From: Rhynchobatus australiae
Taxonomy: Eukaryota
NCBI GenBank assembly: GCA_034780895.1
Contig: JAUZTB010000087.1
Coordinates: 79,054,174-79,117,816, forward strand
Length of the DNA stretch: 63,643 nt
Reading direction: 5' to 3'
Shown here: piece by piece, positions 40,105 through 53,309 of the stretch
Numbering within the stretch: position 1 is the stretch's first letter
How the letters are laid out: every line of letters starts with the position of its first letter
Position numbers and translations under genes: made by a program
Notes under the pieces: model-generated
The model's database searches: none
Told to the model about the DNA's origin: nothing
Seen by the model: the letters and a program-made list of their open reading frames with translations, nothing else

Positions 40105-43100
40105 NNNNNNNNNNNNNNNNNNNNNNNNNNNNNNNNNNNNNNNNNNNNNNNNNNNNNNNNNNNNNNNNNNNNNNNNNNNNNNNNNNNNNNNNNNNNNNNN
40201 NNNNNNNNNNNNNNNNNNNNNNNNNNNNNNNNNNNNNNNNNNNNNNNNNNNNNNNNNNNNNNNNNNNNNNNNNNNNNNNNNNNNNNNNNNNNNNNNNNNN
40301 NNNNNNNNNNNNNNNNNNNNNNNNNNNNNNNNNNNNNNNNNNNNNNNNNNNNNNNNNNNNNNNNNNNNNNNNNNNNNNNNNNNNNNNNNNNNNNNNNNNN
40401 NNNNNNNNNNNNNNNNNNNNNNNNNNNNNNNNNNNNNNNNNNNNNNNNNNNNNNNNNNNNNNNNNNNNNNNNNNNNNNNNNNNNNNNNNNNNNNNNNNNN
40501 NNNNNNNNNNNNNNNNNNNNNNNNNNNNNNNNNNNNNNNNNNNNNNNNNNNNNNNNNNNNNNNNNNNNNNNNNNNNNNNNNNNNNNNNNNNNNNNNNNNN
40601 NNNNNNNNNNNATTGGTCGAAGCTTAGAAGCTCCTCAACGGACAATTACCCTAATGGCAACAATGCATTGTGCAAAGCACCAACAGTGAAGCAGAAAAAT
40701 ACATTGGTCAGTATCGTGTTCCGAACAATCTACATTCAGATCAACTCAAAGATTCTTGCTGTTATACTGAACTAACTCATCTCACCAGAGTAGCAAAGCA
40801 AAATCTTGGAAATTGTGCATTGAAAGTGAAGAGAAAGGGAGGCGAGGTGCAGGAAGGGAAAATAGTACTTTTGTTCATAGTTATCAATGCGACCGTGTGA
40901 AGTTACATAGGTCAGGGGCTGTCTAAAATTGATGTACTTGTTTCGATCAACGGACTATCTTGAGGGCCGAATAAAAGCGCAAGAATATTGGCCAAAGTTT
41001 GAAATCTTTGGAAACAGATTCATAATACAATGGCTTTCTACTGTGGTTACAAATAAGTGGTTTATAACATAAATAGTCAAGACACATTTCATCAAAATAC
41101 CTTTAGATAGTAAATGGAGAATTCTGAAGAAAACATAGAGCTTTCCCAAACTCTCTTCCCATTTAATGCCAATACTTTTGATCCATTAAATTATGAAGGG
41201 ACACAACTAGATTTTATGAACATTTTATCACCCGAAAACATGGCACACAGCACTTGATGCTCAGTCACTGACGACATCATGGTGTAGCACATTAACATCA
41301 AGATAACAGACATGTCCAAAGCTAATTATGGAATGAGAAACAGTAATTGTTAATTAAGGGTAGTATCTGAATCCTAAATCCATCTTTCCTAGAATACATT
41401 TTCTCCTTCACATTAAACCATCAATACCCAGGTAATGAAAGAAAATGAGGGCGAGTTACTCTCATAAACTTAGACACTTGACACTCCAGCTGTCCATTGT
41501 ATAACATACAGAATTAATTTGCACTTGTTATAGGGAGCTACTGACTAATGCAATTCAGAGAAAAATAACTATTAATAACTATCCAGAACAACAGATGTGC
41601 AAAAAGTACAGCTTTGAAGTATGTCAACATAATAGTGCTGAAGTTGAGCAAAGTGTTGAACAATACCAGATAATTGTGATAATCTGCTGCCTTGCATGCT
41701 TAACATGTCCTAGTGGTAACAGTGTTTGTTGAGTTTAGCAAGAATCTTTGGACGAGTTATGTGAACAGTCAACATGAAATGTGTGGATGACTGCGGTCGG
41801 GAAAGAAATAACCCAACGATGTTGAGAATCTCGGCCAAATGATCCTTATAACCATTATTCTTCTCTGACAGAATTCCATTCTGTGATAGCATGACAATCT
41901 TTTTACCATGACCTTCGGCCAAGAGGAACAGTTAAATTTGAAACCAAGGAGGAACATTTGCAGACCCAACTGTGAAATTCAGCAATGAAATGGAGTTAAA
42001 ACAGATGCAAAATTCAAACTGGTCCTACTGATCCTTTGAAAAATAGAGAAGTAACTCAGATTAATATCAAGATAATTTGAAATGCACAACAGTAATTCAA
42101 TTGACAAACATCATAGTATTAAGTATAATCAAGGCAGAGTCTCAGTTATGTAGACAAGAGCCCATGGAAATATTGCATTTCCCCTTTCTACACTCAGACA
42201 AGATCATAATGTTCTAAGCCTCAATCATCCACTGGTGTCCGTGACTTCAGCTGCCTAGGACTTTGGGCTTCTATCCCTAAACTTCTGCCTTTCGATCATT
42301 TTAAGACGCTACATTTTGACCAAGCTTTTGAAACCTATCCTCATACTGCTCCTTTTTTGGCTTTTGTTGGAGAGGGCGGCCAAACACCTTGGGACATTTT
42401 GCTACGTTCAAGTTTACAAATGCATGCTGATCTTATTAGAGCAACAACAGCACATTCTCCAGCTGTCCTACCTTTTAACTTTAGTCCCTGCAATCAAATG
42501 ACTATTCCGCCACACCTTCAGCAAGAAAAGAACGTTTTAAGCTTCACCACTGCAGCAACCTGGATCTAATCAGCCAGTGGGCTCAGTCAATCTTTCATAG
42601 AACTGAAATTTCCTGGAGATGATAGGTTCAATTCCACCAGATAACAGTCAAGCAACTGAATTTTAAAAGCACTGTTTGCACGACTCCCTGGACAACCACT
42701 GGATTTTAGAATAATCAAGTCAAATCTTCTGCACTTAAACCTATCAAAAGACTGAGAAATGTTAAAATTTGACTTATTGCTTTAAATATGAATGGCATGT
42801 ATAGGAGTACGCACGCACACACACACACAGGTCTTGCAGATAACATCTGCAACATTATCAATGTGACTACAGTAAAAAGAAATTTTCACATTCACCCACT
42901 GAAATTAAGAAGATGGGAGCATCTGCAGATCACATCGAGTCGTATAGCACAGGTTACTGGTTGTCAATAATCTACATGATGATGGAAGGGAACAGGGATA
43001 AACTGCACAAGTACAAAAAACATTAATCCTCAACTGGCTTCAACATTCCATTGAGAATAGATATTTTAAACTAAATTTGCCAAAATCAAAATTATTTTGA

Positions 43101-45350
43101 CGTTAAGCCTTTGAAGTTTTATCCAGAAATTGTAAAACCCTCTAGATCAAATTGTTTTCTTATGTATTTTGAATCTCTGTCTGCCAAAATAAATAATTTG
43201 TTCCACATTTGTATATTTTTTGAATAGTTTGATTACAAGGATAAAAATTAGATTAGGAGGAAAATGGTCACTGAGGAACATATCAGTTTCTAACTTGAGA
43301 GTAGTGCAGAAAAACACATTCTTATAATTCACGTCTCTGAGCCATGTTAAGAAAAATTACTGTGCACCTAGTTATTTAGGCTTTGCAACAATTTCCAATA
43401 AAACAATCTGACTTGAAGATAAATTAATTACACTTGTTACAGCAGTTAAATGTCTGTACAAATTATTTTTCCACAATTGTAGTATGATGATTCCATTACC
43501 AGTTTCTGTGCAACCCTCACAAAGTTGTCTGAAGTAGATAGTAATTTCAACCCAATTAGACCACATACTGTTTTTCAATGCAATCTGCTTTGAGGTGAGT
43601 AGTATTTAATACCTTAACAGATTGCGGGGGGGGCGNNNNNNNNNNNNNNNTTAGTATTTAATAACTTACCAGCTTCCCCCCCCCCCCCCCCAGCCCCAAC
43701 GAAAACCTTTAACAAGAAACAACAGTTTCCAACTATTTAAGATCTGATGTTCTGGATTTCTGTCTGATGCAGATAGCGATTTCTAGACTCGTACTCTAAA
43801 ATTGTACTGCATTTTCAATCTCAAACAGCATATCAAAAGGACTTCAAAGAGGCACAAAGCAAACAGAAATAGACAATGAGGCAAGGGAGTATAAGTAAAT
43901 GTGATCAAAAGCATGGGAAGAGATGGACTGAAAAGATGTAGAAAAAGTGGAGCCAAGAGTTATCTGTACATTATGTCAACAAGGGAGAGCATATGGATAA
44001 AAGAAAAGGGGACCTACCTAGCCCTGAGGTATTTTGGGAAAGAAAAGACTCATGGGCGGAAGTGGTTTGGGCTACGACAGAATAGACAAGAGAGGAACTA
44101 ATCAAGAAGAATCCCATGAAAATGGGCAACAAGGAGAGCAAAATCACAATAATGAATATACATGCAATAATTTGCGCTTCTTTCCAATTAAATCTGAATT
44201 AAAGCTAATCAGCTTAGAAAAAAGCAATAGGCTCCGATACAAGGAGTGTGCAAAATTCAGATAACTTACAACTATTTCATTCAACTGGTTCACAGACAAC
44301 CAAATCTCAGATCTTTCATTGCAATGGAATAACCTAGCGAAATGCCCGAGACCTTAGAAGATGTAAAATCACCCATCATATGAATGCAGAAAATATTCCC
44401 CGCACAGAGTAGTCACGGAGCGAGAGTCAACCAGCATGGAAACGGGCCCTTCNNNNNNNNNNTTTCCTTCCACACAGTCAGTGGTTGATCAGAAATTCTT
44501 CAGCAAACTCTAAGATTTTAAAATAAAATAATCCCAGCGATCTGGGATTGACTCAAACATTTAAATCAAGAAAATTTATCCTGCAATGGTGGTAAACACT
44601 GATCAAAAAATTCTTTACTTTGAAAAAAGGTTTAAATCCCATTTTGACAATTCCAAATTTGCTATCCTGATGGAATGCTTAACCTCTTCCCATTCCACCC
44701 CCCCCCCCCCCACTTGCATCTTAATATCATTCTTGGAAAATGGGTAACATTCACCAGCAGTAGGCAAGATGCTTCAAAAGGTCAAAGCATTTAGTGAAAC
44801 TGCCCAGCACATCACAAACAACCATCAAGGGTTCAATAATAGACAAACCAGACTTTCATTCAGTGAAATGGAACAACATTTAAGACCTAAAAACATATAA
44901 CCAAATCATTCAACGTGATTTTGATTCATTCTTCACCCGTTTCAAAAGCAGAGAATTACAAAATTAGAAAGAGAGAGAAAAAAAATAAAAGATGCTTATC
45001 AACAAACTGAAAGCACCAGGGTTTTGGAGCACTTTAGTGGAATTGGAATTACTCAATATTGAGCATCAAGTCTAGTAATGAAGCAAGAAATTTTAAACAA
45101 GGTTTTATCATAGCTGGTGAAGTGCTTCTAATCTATAAATAAAACAACTACTGAAAGTGCTTGAAAAATGAAGTGAAGTGTGCATTCCAGTGAAGTGCTG
45201 AAATCTTTGCTACAGCTAAATTCAAGACAATTTTTAAGACAGTAATCAGACTGCTCGACTGGTTATGAAAGCAGATAGGGATGATGCCCAAAACAGCTCA
45301 GAGTTACACAATGGCATAACTTTGCTCCATGTAAAAGATTCTATAGTGTG

Positions 45351-45368
45351 TGGTGCCACCTGGTGGAA
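45351..45368 (-). promoter_or_regulatory. Candidate CTCF binding site
   Basis: Minus strand reads TTCCACCAGGTGGCACCA, a close match to the CTCF core consensus. Motif only; no binding evidence. Confidence 0.45.
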
Positions 45369-46739
45369 CCTCAGATCATGGAGGCTTAGAGTCCAAGTAC
45401 CAACCTCAAAATAATCAAATTAGATCCATTAAAAACAAATAACATGACCAAATCAAAATCAAATATTTCTCTCATCCACTAATCCAAGCTCTAAAAGCAT
45501 TCATGCCAGTCAAGTGCAATCTTAGCTCTTATCCAATCAAATGGAGAGACCTCCCAAGCTCCACCAAATGATTCAATACACAAATTTCCAAGATGAAAGG
45601 AAATCTCAAAGTACACGTGTAAAGGATTATAAAGCAGCTGCTCTGCACAGTCAGTCATGTACTGTATTAAGCAGGTCACTGCTTAATACAACAGAATGAT
45701 AAACTTGTGTTTCTGCTTTGTACCTCACATGTCCACATTCCCAAACTGGAGAGAAAATTAAGAAGGCCAAGAGCACAACCCACAGAAACTGCATCAGACA
45801 AATGTATTTCACATAATCCCACTCAATTCTCAGAAATTCTTTCATGACCAACATTATCTGAGAATTGGGTGATTCTCAAATAGGGATGAAATATTACCAG
45901 ATCATAAAGATAGTGTATGTTGTGTTTGTAAACGTTGCTGAGTGCAAGACCAAGACCTTTCCGAGTCACCTCACAATTACTCCAACAGGGCCTGCTGGCA
46001 AAAGGATATGGAATGTGATGCTCAGCCAGTGCTCCAGTAGTGACAAATTAATTCCTTTTGATGCTTCCCCTTCACCGCCATTCATCTCCGCTTGTTAGTA
46101 AATAATTAGGTGACTTGATTCCAATCATATCTGGAAAAACTTAAAAAGCTTTCAACTCCAGTACCCACATTTTGGATGACATTTAATTTACATCCTTGTA
46201 CTTCCTGATTGGATAGGCCTTATACTCATTGCCTTTCGGTCAGAGGTCTGTAGCATCACTCGAAGAAATTTCCCAATTTCCATCCTGTGTCAGCTTTCTC
46301 AAAATTCGGCTGCCCAAAACTTATTCCATATCAAGTCCTCCTCACTTTGTTAAACTTGACTTTCATGCACTGCAAAGCAAGGAGTCAGTATAGTCCCTGC
46401 AAACATTGCCACCTAATTCACATGGATTTTAAAATACTCTGAAAAACCATGCTTTTAATCATGGAACCTTCAACTACAATTTAGGCTCAATTCAGTCTCT
46501 CTGAAACACCTGATGTAATTTTTAACATTACATTGTACAGACACAAACAAATTGTAACAACTGTGTGTGTGTGTGTATATATACATATATAAGAGACAAG
46601 TGAAAGAAAAAGTGGGTCCCTTCAAGGCACACACAAGATCATCTTTAGATGGCAAAACATTAAAATAACATATCCACAAACAACAGGGTATATGAACTTC
46701 TGTAAGAACTGGTACTTGGGCCTCCGTTATTTACAAATT

Positions 46740-47550
46740 GGATCAATGACTCACGTGAGGAGACAACAACGACACATTAAAATTGACTGACAATACACAG
46801 CAGAGCAGATGGGAAAGTAAGCTGCGAGGACACAACAGGTCTGCATCTCTTTGCAGACAAAGTAACCGAGTAAGAAGATGGAAGAGAGGGCATAATGTTA
46901 AATTATCCATTTTAGAAGGAAGAACAGAAAACCAGAATTTAAAAAAAACATAAGCAAGGAGAATGAATTGATATTAATGTAAAAATGGGTGCTTGACAGT
47001 TAGCGCAGACTCAGTGGGTACTCTTTGCTGTATTTCTCTGTGACACCAGGATATGAGAGAGACTAGTAAATCTTGAGATCCCGGGGTATTTACAAATAAA
47101 CCACAAACATAACATGCAGGTCCGCAAAGTAGGAAGGCAATGGCTATATTAACCTTTCCTGCAAGAGGACTGTAGTACAAGAATAAAGAAGTCTCACTGC
47201 AATCATGTGGGACTGACAAAACAACTCTACAGTTTGATCTTCTTACGAAAGAAAGTTTACTAGAATTACTTCTGGGATAATAAGGCTGTTCTATGAGGAC
47301 AGATCGAATAAAATTGACCTATATTCTCTGGATACAGAAATAATGAGAAGTGTATAAATTACCCTGAGTGCTCTGTAGGGTTGGTACAGAGGCGCTCTTC
47401 CCTTTAGGTTATGAAAGAAATTACGGGATATGGCAATCAGATGGAAAGTAGAGCTGATGTGGAAGTTCGCCCTTGATCTCAATTGCATCCAGTGATGTAC
47501 AATGAATGACAGACCCAACACAACAATGGCCCCCTCCTGCTCCTTGATCT
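46740..47550 (+). mobile_element. Old CR1 LINE remnant (RT C-terminal half to 3' end)
   Basis: gacacattaaaatt...gtaagctgcgaggacaca, gcaagaggactgtagtacaagaataaagaagtctcactgcaatc, and a 3' end aatggcccc..ctcctgctcct. Confidence 0.55.
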
Positions 47551-47944
47551 TGGATCACTAGGTGCTTCTAAATGCAAGTCATAATTGCTCAGTTCTCTCT
47601 CAGGCCAACAAACATACTTGCATACACAGCAGAATAATCTACCTGCACCAATTCCTCACCCACCATCATGAGGCTCATTCGGTTACTCTTTCTTCCACAC
47701 TAAAGTCTTCCCTGAACATATCTTCCCCCACGTAACTCAACCCAAGTGGAACTGCCAAGGACTTATCGATCATTTACTGTATCTATTTAAATGGCATACA
47801 TTATTATTATTTTGTCAGAATGAAATTCATATTGTTGATGACAAACAGGGTGTCAGGGAATTCATATTATTACATTAATCTACTTGAATGGGGCGATGGA
47901 TAGGTGCGAATAACAAATTATTTTTGAATAATTAATTGGTATTG

Positions 47945-48205
47945 CTTTGGCTCTCCTCTTCCTCTGAATCATAAGGTTGTGGATTTGTCCCAGCCCAGAC
48001 ACTTGACCACAGGATCCAACCGACACTTCAGTATACTACCAAGTGAGAGTTGCACTGTATGAAGCGTCACTTCTATGTGAGATGTCGGATCAATGCACCA
48101 TCTCTTCCCTGAGATGAACATAAAAGATGCTATGGAACCATTTCTAAAAAGAGCAGGGGATTCGCTACCAGCTTCTTGGTTGAAAGTTATCGCTTAAACC
48201 ACATT
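47945..48205 (+). mobile_element. Deu-type SINE fragment
   Basis: ctctgaatcataaggttgtgg...cttgaccacaggatccaaccgacacttcagt...gttgcactgt...gaacataaaagatgctatgg...aagagcagggg. Confidence 0.6.
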
Positions 48206-48879
48206 TACCCAGCAGTAAAGTTTGAAGAGAGGCAAGGATCATGGGCTGGTTTCTGAAACAAGCTATTTTGTTCATATCACGTATCCATAAGCTGATCTAA
48301 CTCCTCCTCAATAGTCTGCATCAGCCCACCACCCTCCTCTATATTTAATAAAAAAATGATCAGTGAAAAATGTGTTCTCATTCAAGTGCATCGTATTCAA
48401 GGCCTTGCATGCTTTTAGCAACCAAATCAGTTTTGAGGCATCTGTCCTTATTACAGTTCATCCTGCAATGTTCTGCCAAAAGCAAACTAGACTGCAAGGT
48501 ACAGCGATATGCAGCAATACACAAGACACGTGATATTTAATTGCCAATTTCCATCACTGGCATGGCAACACATTGATATATTTTAAAGAGATCTGCATTT
48601 ACTTGACACCCTTCACATCCCTTTCAGGATATTCCAAAAAAATATTGAGTTAATGAAGTGCTTTTGAAGTGCAGTCACTATTTAAACATAGCAGGAAATT
48701 TGTGTGCCGCCAACTCCCAGAAACAGCAACNNNNNNNNNNNNNNNNNNNNNNNNNNNNNNNNNNNNNNNNNNNNNNNNNNNNNNNNNNNNNNNNNNNNNN
48801 NNNNNNNNNNNNNNNNNNNNNNNNNNNNNNAAACAGCAACTTGAAAATAGCAAGATAAACTGTTTTCGTCATGTTGTCA

Positions 48880-49092
48880 AGGGTTAAACATTGGCCAGGA
48901 CACTGGGGATAAATCTCCAAATCTTGGAAATAGTTCCAGACAGTGTTAACCTAAGAGAGGAGATTGAACCTCCATCTAAAGTCTCATTCATAAAATAGTA
49001 TCTCAAAGTGCAGTACTCCATCGGTACTATCCAGGAGTTTGTGTCCCTCAAGCTTAACTTGAACGTGCAACTCTAGCTCAGAGGCAGAAGTG
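48880..49092 (-). mobile_element. Deu-type SINE fragment
   Basis: aaacattggccaggacactgggga...gtgcagtactccatcggtact...ctcagaggcagaagtg is the antisense counterpart of the 47945 copy. Confidence 0.55.
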
Positions 49093-50535
49093 TTCAGGGT
49101 GAAGGAATAGCATATGGATCCTTTTCAGTGATATCACATTGAATTAACAGCACATTCTCTTTCCCATCGATTCTATCACGACTCTTGATAGATTCTGTAC
49201 AAAGCATCACCTCTTGACCACCAGCCCCTCGCCTTAATTATCCATCCTGCAGAGTACACAGACTGATTAGGACTCATTTCTCAACTGAAATAACAATGCC
49301 AATGTCGGAGATAACAAGTCCATTCCCCATCGAGAAAAGATACCACATTTTGGGGAGAGAGGTTTGATGCCTCATGCTTCTCAAAACATCAACTACAAGG
49401 GGCCACTGATTAGCATCCTACTGAATCCCTGGTGATAATCATTGCTGGCATTAGTCCTCGTCAGTTGCAGGGAAAGTGGATAATTGTAATGGGCACAAAG
49501 TGTGGGGAAGAGATGAAGCAGAGAACTGGGATTAGATTCCAGAAGAGTTATTGCTAGAACAGATGGGATGGTCAGGCTAAGAAAGAAAAAGGTTTCAGGA
49601 ATAGGGTATGTAGAAGATGCACAGAAAGAAAGCACAGGAACAGTTGAAACCATAATCTTTCCGATCATTCCTTACACGAACAATGAATGCAAAAGACAGA
49701 AAACTATGAATTTCACATGGCTTCTTTAATATGGACTAATGAAGCATATCAAGCCATTGAACAGGTTGTAGTTAGTTACACATCCAATCTGAGATCTGCA
49801 CTTCAAGATGTTAAACATCACTAATTTCAGAAATGAAGGCTTCTATCTACAAAGAAACTTAAGAAATTGTTGCAGTTTTACTACATGAGTATTTAAAAAG
49901 ACATTATTTGAGGTTACAAAAGTATGAGAATATTAACTGTGAAGCATTGGTTCTTGTGGTTGGTGAATTGATAGCAAGAGGCAGAGTCTATCAGAAGAAT
50001 GTTGTTAATGAACCAACTGAAAGAAAATAGGAGATCAGCTGTGATCTTACTGAATGACATACCAGGTGCAAGAGGCCAAATAGCTTATTCCTGCCTCATT
50101 TTCCTTATGTCGTTAATCGGATTGCCTCTCCCCTGACACACAGTCAATTGAGTAGAGCTGGACAAATCAGGGAACAAACCAAACTGCTTGGGTTCATAAA
50201 CCTGGGTTCACGTTTCCTATTCGGCAACAAGTTCCTGTTGCACATTCTCAACCAACCTCTGCACCTTTGTGTTCCACAAAAACACCTGACAGAGGGAGAA
50301 TGCCTTCCAGTTTAAAAACATGAGTACTTTTTAGAATGGGCTGAAACAGTGGAGGGAATGTCATTTTATCACATTCCTTCTGATTTTGTGGTTGATGGAG
50401 ATGGTAAGAAGGAATCACAAAGATGGTGGAACTCCAACCCTCAGCTCATTAGATTCAAAATACAAAATTTTCATTTAGCGTAGCTGTTTTATTAATAGAG
50501 GTACTATCAAAGAACGTGCATGAGATCATTATTCA

Positions 50536-50907
<372 letters not shown>

Positions 50908-52079
50908 TCAGCACCTCCCAAAAATATTGAACATTGAAACATCATTCAGAAACTGATGAAGGGGTTAATCTCCAGTGTCAACAGGTGCCAAGTCCCAACC
51001 ACACTAAACAGAATTACAAAATACTTAGCACCATTGAAATGGGAACCAGGAAGAGCATTAATATCATTGTTAATGCCATTAAGAGTGATAAACAAATTAC
51101 CAACTTATTAGTGCTGCGTAATTCGCCTCTGGCTTCAAGCTAAAGGCATTCTATATTTCTTACAAGCAGACATCTCCAAGAGTGACAAGTGATATTATAA
51201 ATATTAAAATGTTTCAGTGTTTTTTTTCCCTAAAGACAAATCACCTCAAAATGCTACTGTGAAGTGATAAATCAGTAACATACCCAGAACTGTCACATTA
51301 CTAAGGCAGCAATCGTGCTAACATTTTTCTGTATCATTACAATCCCGACCATGATACAGTTCAGCTTTTACTGCCTGCCCAAGTTGCCAGTCAAGTGATA
51401 AATGAGAACAGGGGCTGCTGCCATATTAAAGCTTGGCATTAATTGAAGTGACGCACCTATTAAAAATTACTGTTAGGGGGAGGAGAAGAAAAATGAAGGT
51501 GATATAAATTTTAAAAGGTTGCTATCCCTTGCAAATACCTGGCAAGTTGGAGGCTTCAGTTAGTTGAGATTTCCATCTGCTACCCTACCCCCCACACAAA
51601 GACGAGAGAAGTGGCCACTAAATGCATGGAGATTTTAAGGAAGTAAAAAGCCTTTAAGTGCTGGAACCATTGTGGGTAAAACCTTGCTACCTATTGTTAG
51701 TTGCAATTTATATTTAAAATGGTGCAATTTTGTGCATTTTAAAGCAGCACTGAAAAAAAAAACAGCTTTTATATGGTGTTTCTCAGATGAAAAAAATATT
51801 ACAAGTCACCAACTTTAACGTTCCCCCAGCCCCCACACTACCCCTCCAAGGAAGGTATTTCAGACAAACTCAAAGCCATGAGATGACAGAATCAAATTGT
51901 TATAAATAATAATGTATTTCTGAATAAAATTTTGGTCTCTTCAATCAGTTTTTGCATCCCAGAATCATCTACTGTTTCANNNNNNNNNNNNNNNNNNNNN
52001 NNNNNNNNNNNNNNNNNNNNNNNNNNNNNNNNNNNNNNNNNNNNNNNNNNNNNNNNNNNNNNNNNNNNNNNNNNNNNNN

Positions 52080-52156
<77 letters not shown>
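52080..52156. repeat. Compound (CA)n(TA)n microsatellite abutting the Tc1 TIR
   Basis: Read directly; its last TA is the Tc1 target dinucleotide. Confidence 0.95.
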
Positions 52157-52159
<3 letters not shown>

Positions 52160-52589
52160 TCACTGGCCACTTTATTAGGTACAGCTGTCCAACTGCTCGT
52201 TAACACTTAATTTCTAATCAGCCAATCACATGGCGGCAACTCAGTGCATTTAGGCATGTAGACATGGTCAAGACAATCTCCTGCAGTTCAAACCGAGCAT
52301 CAGTATGGGGAAGAAAGGTGATTTGAGTGCCTTTGAACGTGGCATGGTTGTTGGTGCCAGAAGGGCTGGTCTGAGTATTTCAGAAACTGCTGATCTACTG
52401 GGATTTTCACGCACAACCATCTCTAGGGTTTACAGAGAATGGTCCGAAAAAGAAAAAACATCCAGTGAGCGGCAGTTCTGTGGGCGGAAATGCCTTGTTG
52501 ATGCCAGAGGTCAGAGGAGGATGGCCAGACTGGTTCGAGCTGATAGAAAGGCAACAGTGACTCAAATAGCCACCCGTTACAACCAAGGT
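52157..52589 (+). mobile_element. Tc1/mariner transposon 5' fragment (left TIR, CCAAT-box leader, transposase N-terminal 95 aa)
   Basis: TA at 52155-52156, then CACTCACTGGCCACTTTATTAGGTACA, which resembles the TIR of a widespread fish Tc1 family; peptide MGKKGDLSAFERGMVVGARRAGLSISETADLLGFSRTTISRVYREW...GRKCLVDARGQRRMARLV is a paired-like HTH. No DDE domain or right TIR was seen. Confidence 0.9.
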
Positions 52590-53243
52590 AAACTAAACTT
52601 CATGTCGGGCGAGCTAACTAAGTTAGCTTCACAACAAGAAAAACTGGTGAACCTGATGGACGAAGTAAAAACATTGAAATTGATGGTACAGGAGAAAGAT
52701 AGGAGAATATCAGAACTGGAGAAACGAATGGACGATATGGAGCAATATTCAAGAAGAGACGAAGTAATTATAACTGGATTGAAGACAAAACATCGTACCT
52801 ATGCACGAGTCACTTCAGGTGGTACAACGACAGAAGATGCTCCACAAGGTGAACTTCAAACACTGGAACAACAGGTAGTGACTTTCTTGCATAGTAAAGA
52901 CATTCACATTCAAAAAGAGACAATATCTATCTGTCATACCCTGCCTAGCAAGGCAGATGAACCAAAAATTGTAATCAAATTTATCAGCAGGAAAATAAAA
53001 AACGACCTCTTAATACAAGCAAAAAAGTTGAAGGGAACAAACATATACATTAATGAACATTTAACAAAAAAGAATGGTAACATTGCACGAGAGGCAAGGT
53101 TATTAAAAAAACAGAAACAAATATTGGCAACCTGGACAAGAAATGGAAATGTTTGGATAAGAGTGGAAGAGGGGTCACAAGCTAAAATAATAAGTGAGTT
53201 AAAGGAGCTAAAGGAGTTCAGGAGGGGACAAACAACACTATGA
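52305..53243 (+). CDS. Hybrid ORF1 (312 aa): Tc1 HTH DNA-binding region (aa 1-95) plus LINE ORF1 coiled coil, RRM and C-terminal domain (aa 96-312)
   Basis: Single open frame in the ORF track. After ...RYNQG it reads KLNFMSGEL...ELEKRMDDMEQYSRRDEVIITGL...IYINEHLT...TWTRNG, which are hallmarks of L1-ORF1-like proteins of fish LINEs. Confidence 0.85.
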   Translation: MGKKGDLSAFERGMVVGARRAGLSISETADLLGFSRTTISRVYREWSEKEKTSSERQFCGRKCLVDARGQRRMARLVRADRKATVTQIATRYNQGKLNFMSGELTKLASQQEKLVNLMDEVKTLKLMVQEKDRRISELEKRMDDMEQYSRRDEVIITGLKTKHRTYARVTSGGTTTEDAPQGELQTLEQQVVTFLHSKDIHIQKETISICHTLPSKADEPKIVIKFISRKIKNDLLIQAKKLKGTNIYINEHLTKKNGNIAREARLLKKQKQILATWTRNGNVWIRVEEGSQAKIISELKELKEFRRGQTTL

Positions 53244-53309
53244 GAAATCAGCATGAATCAAAAAAGATCAGTAAAGTTCTGATTAACCGGCAAAGTACAC
53301 ATTTAAAAT

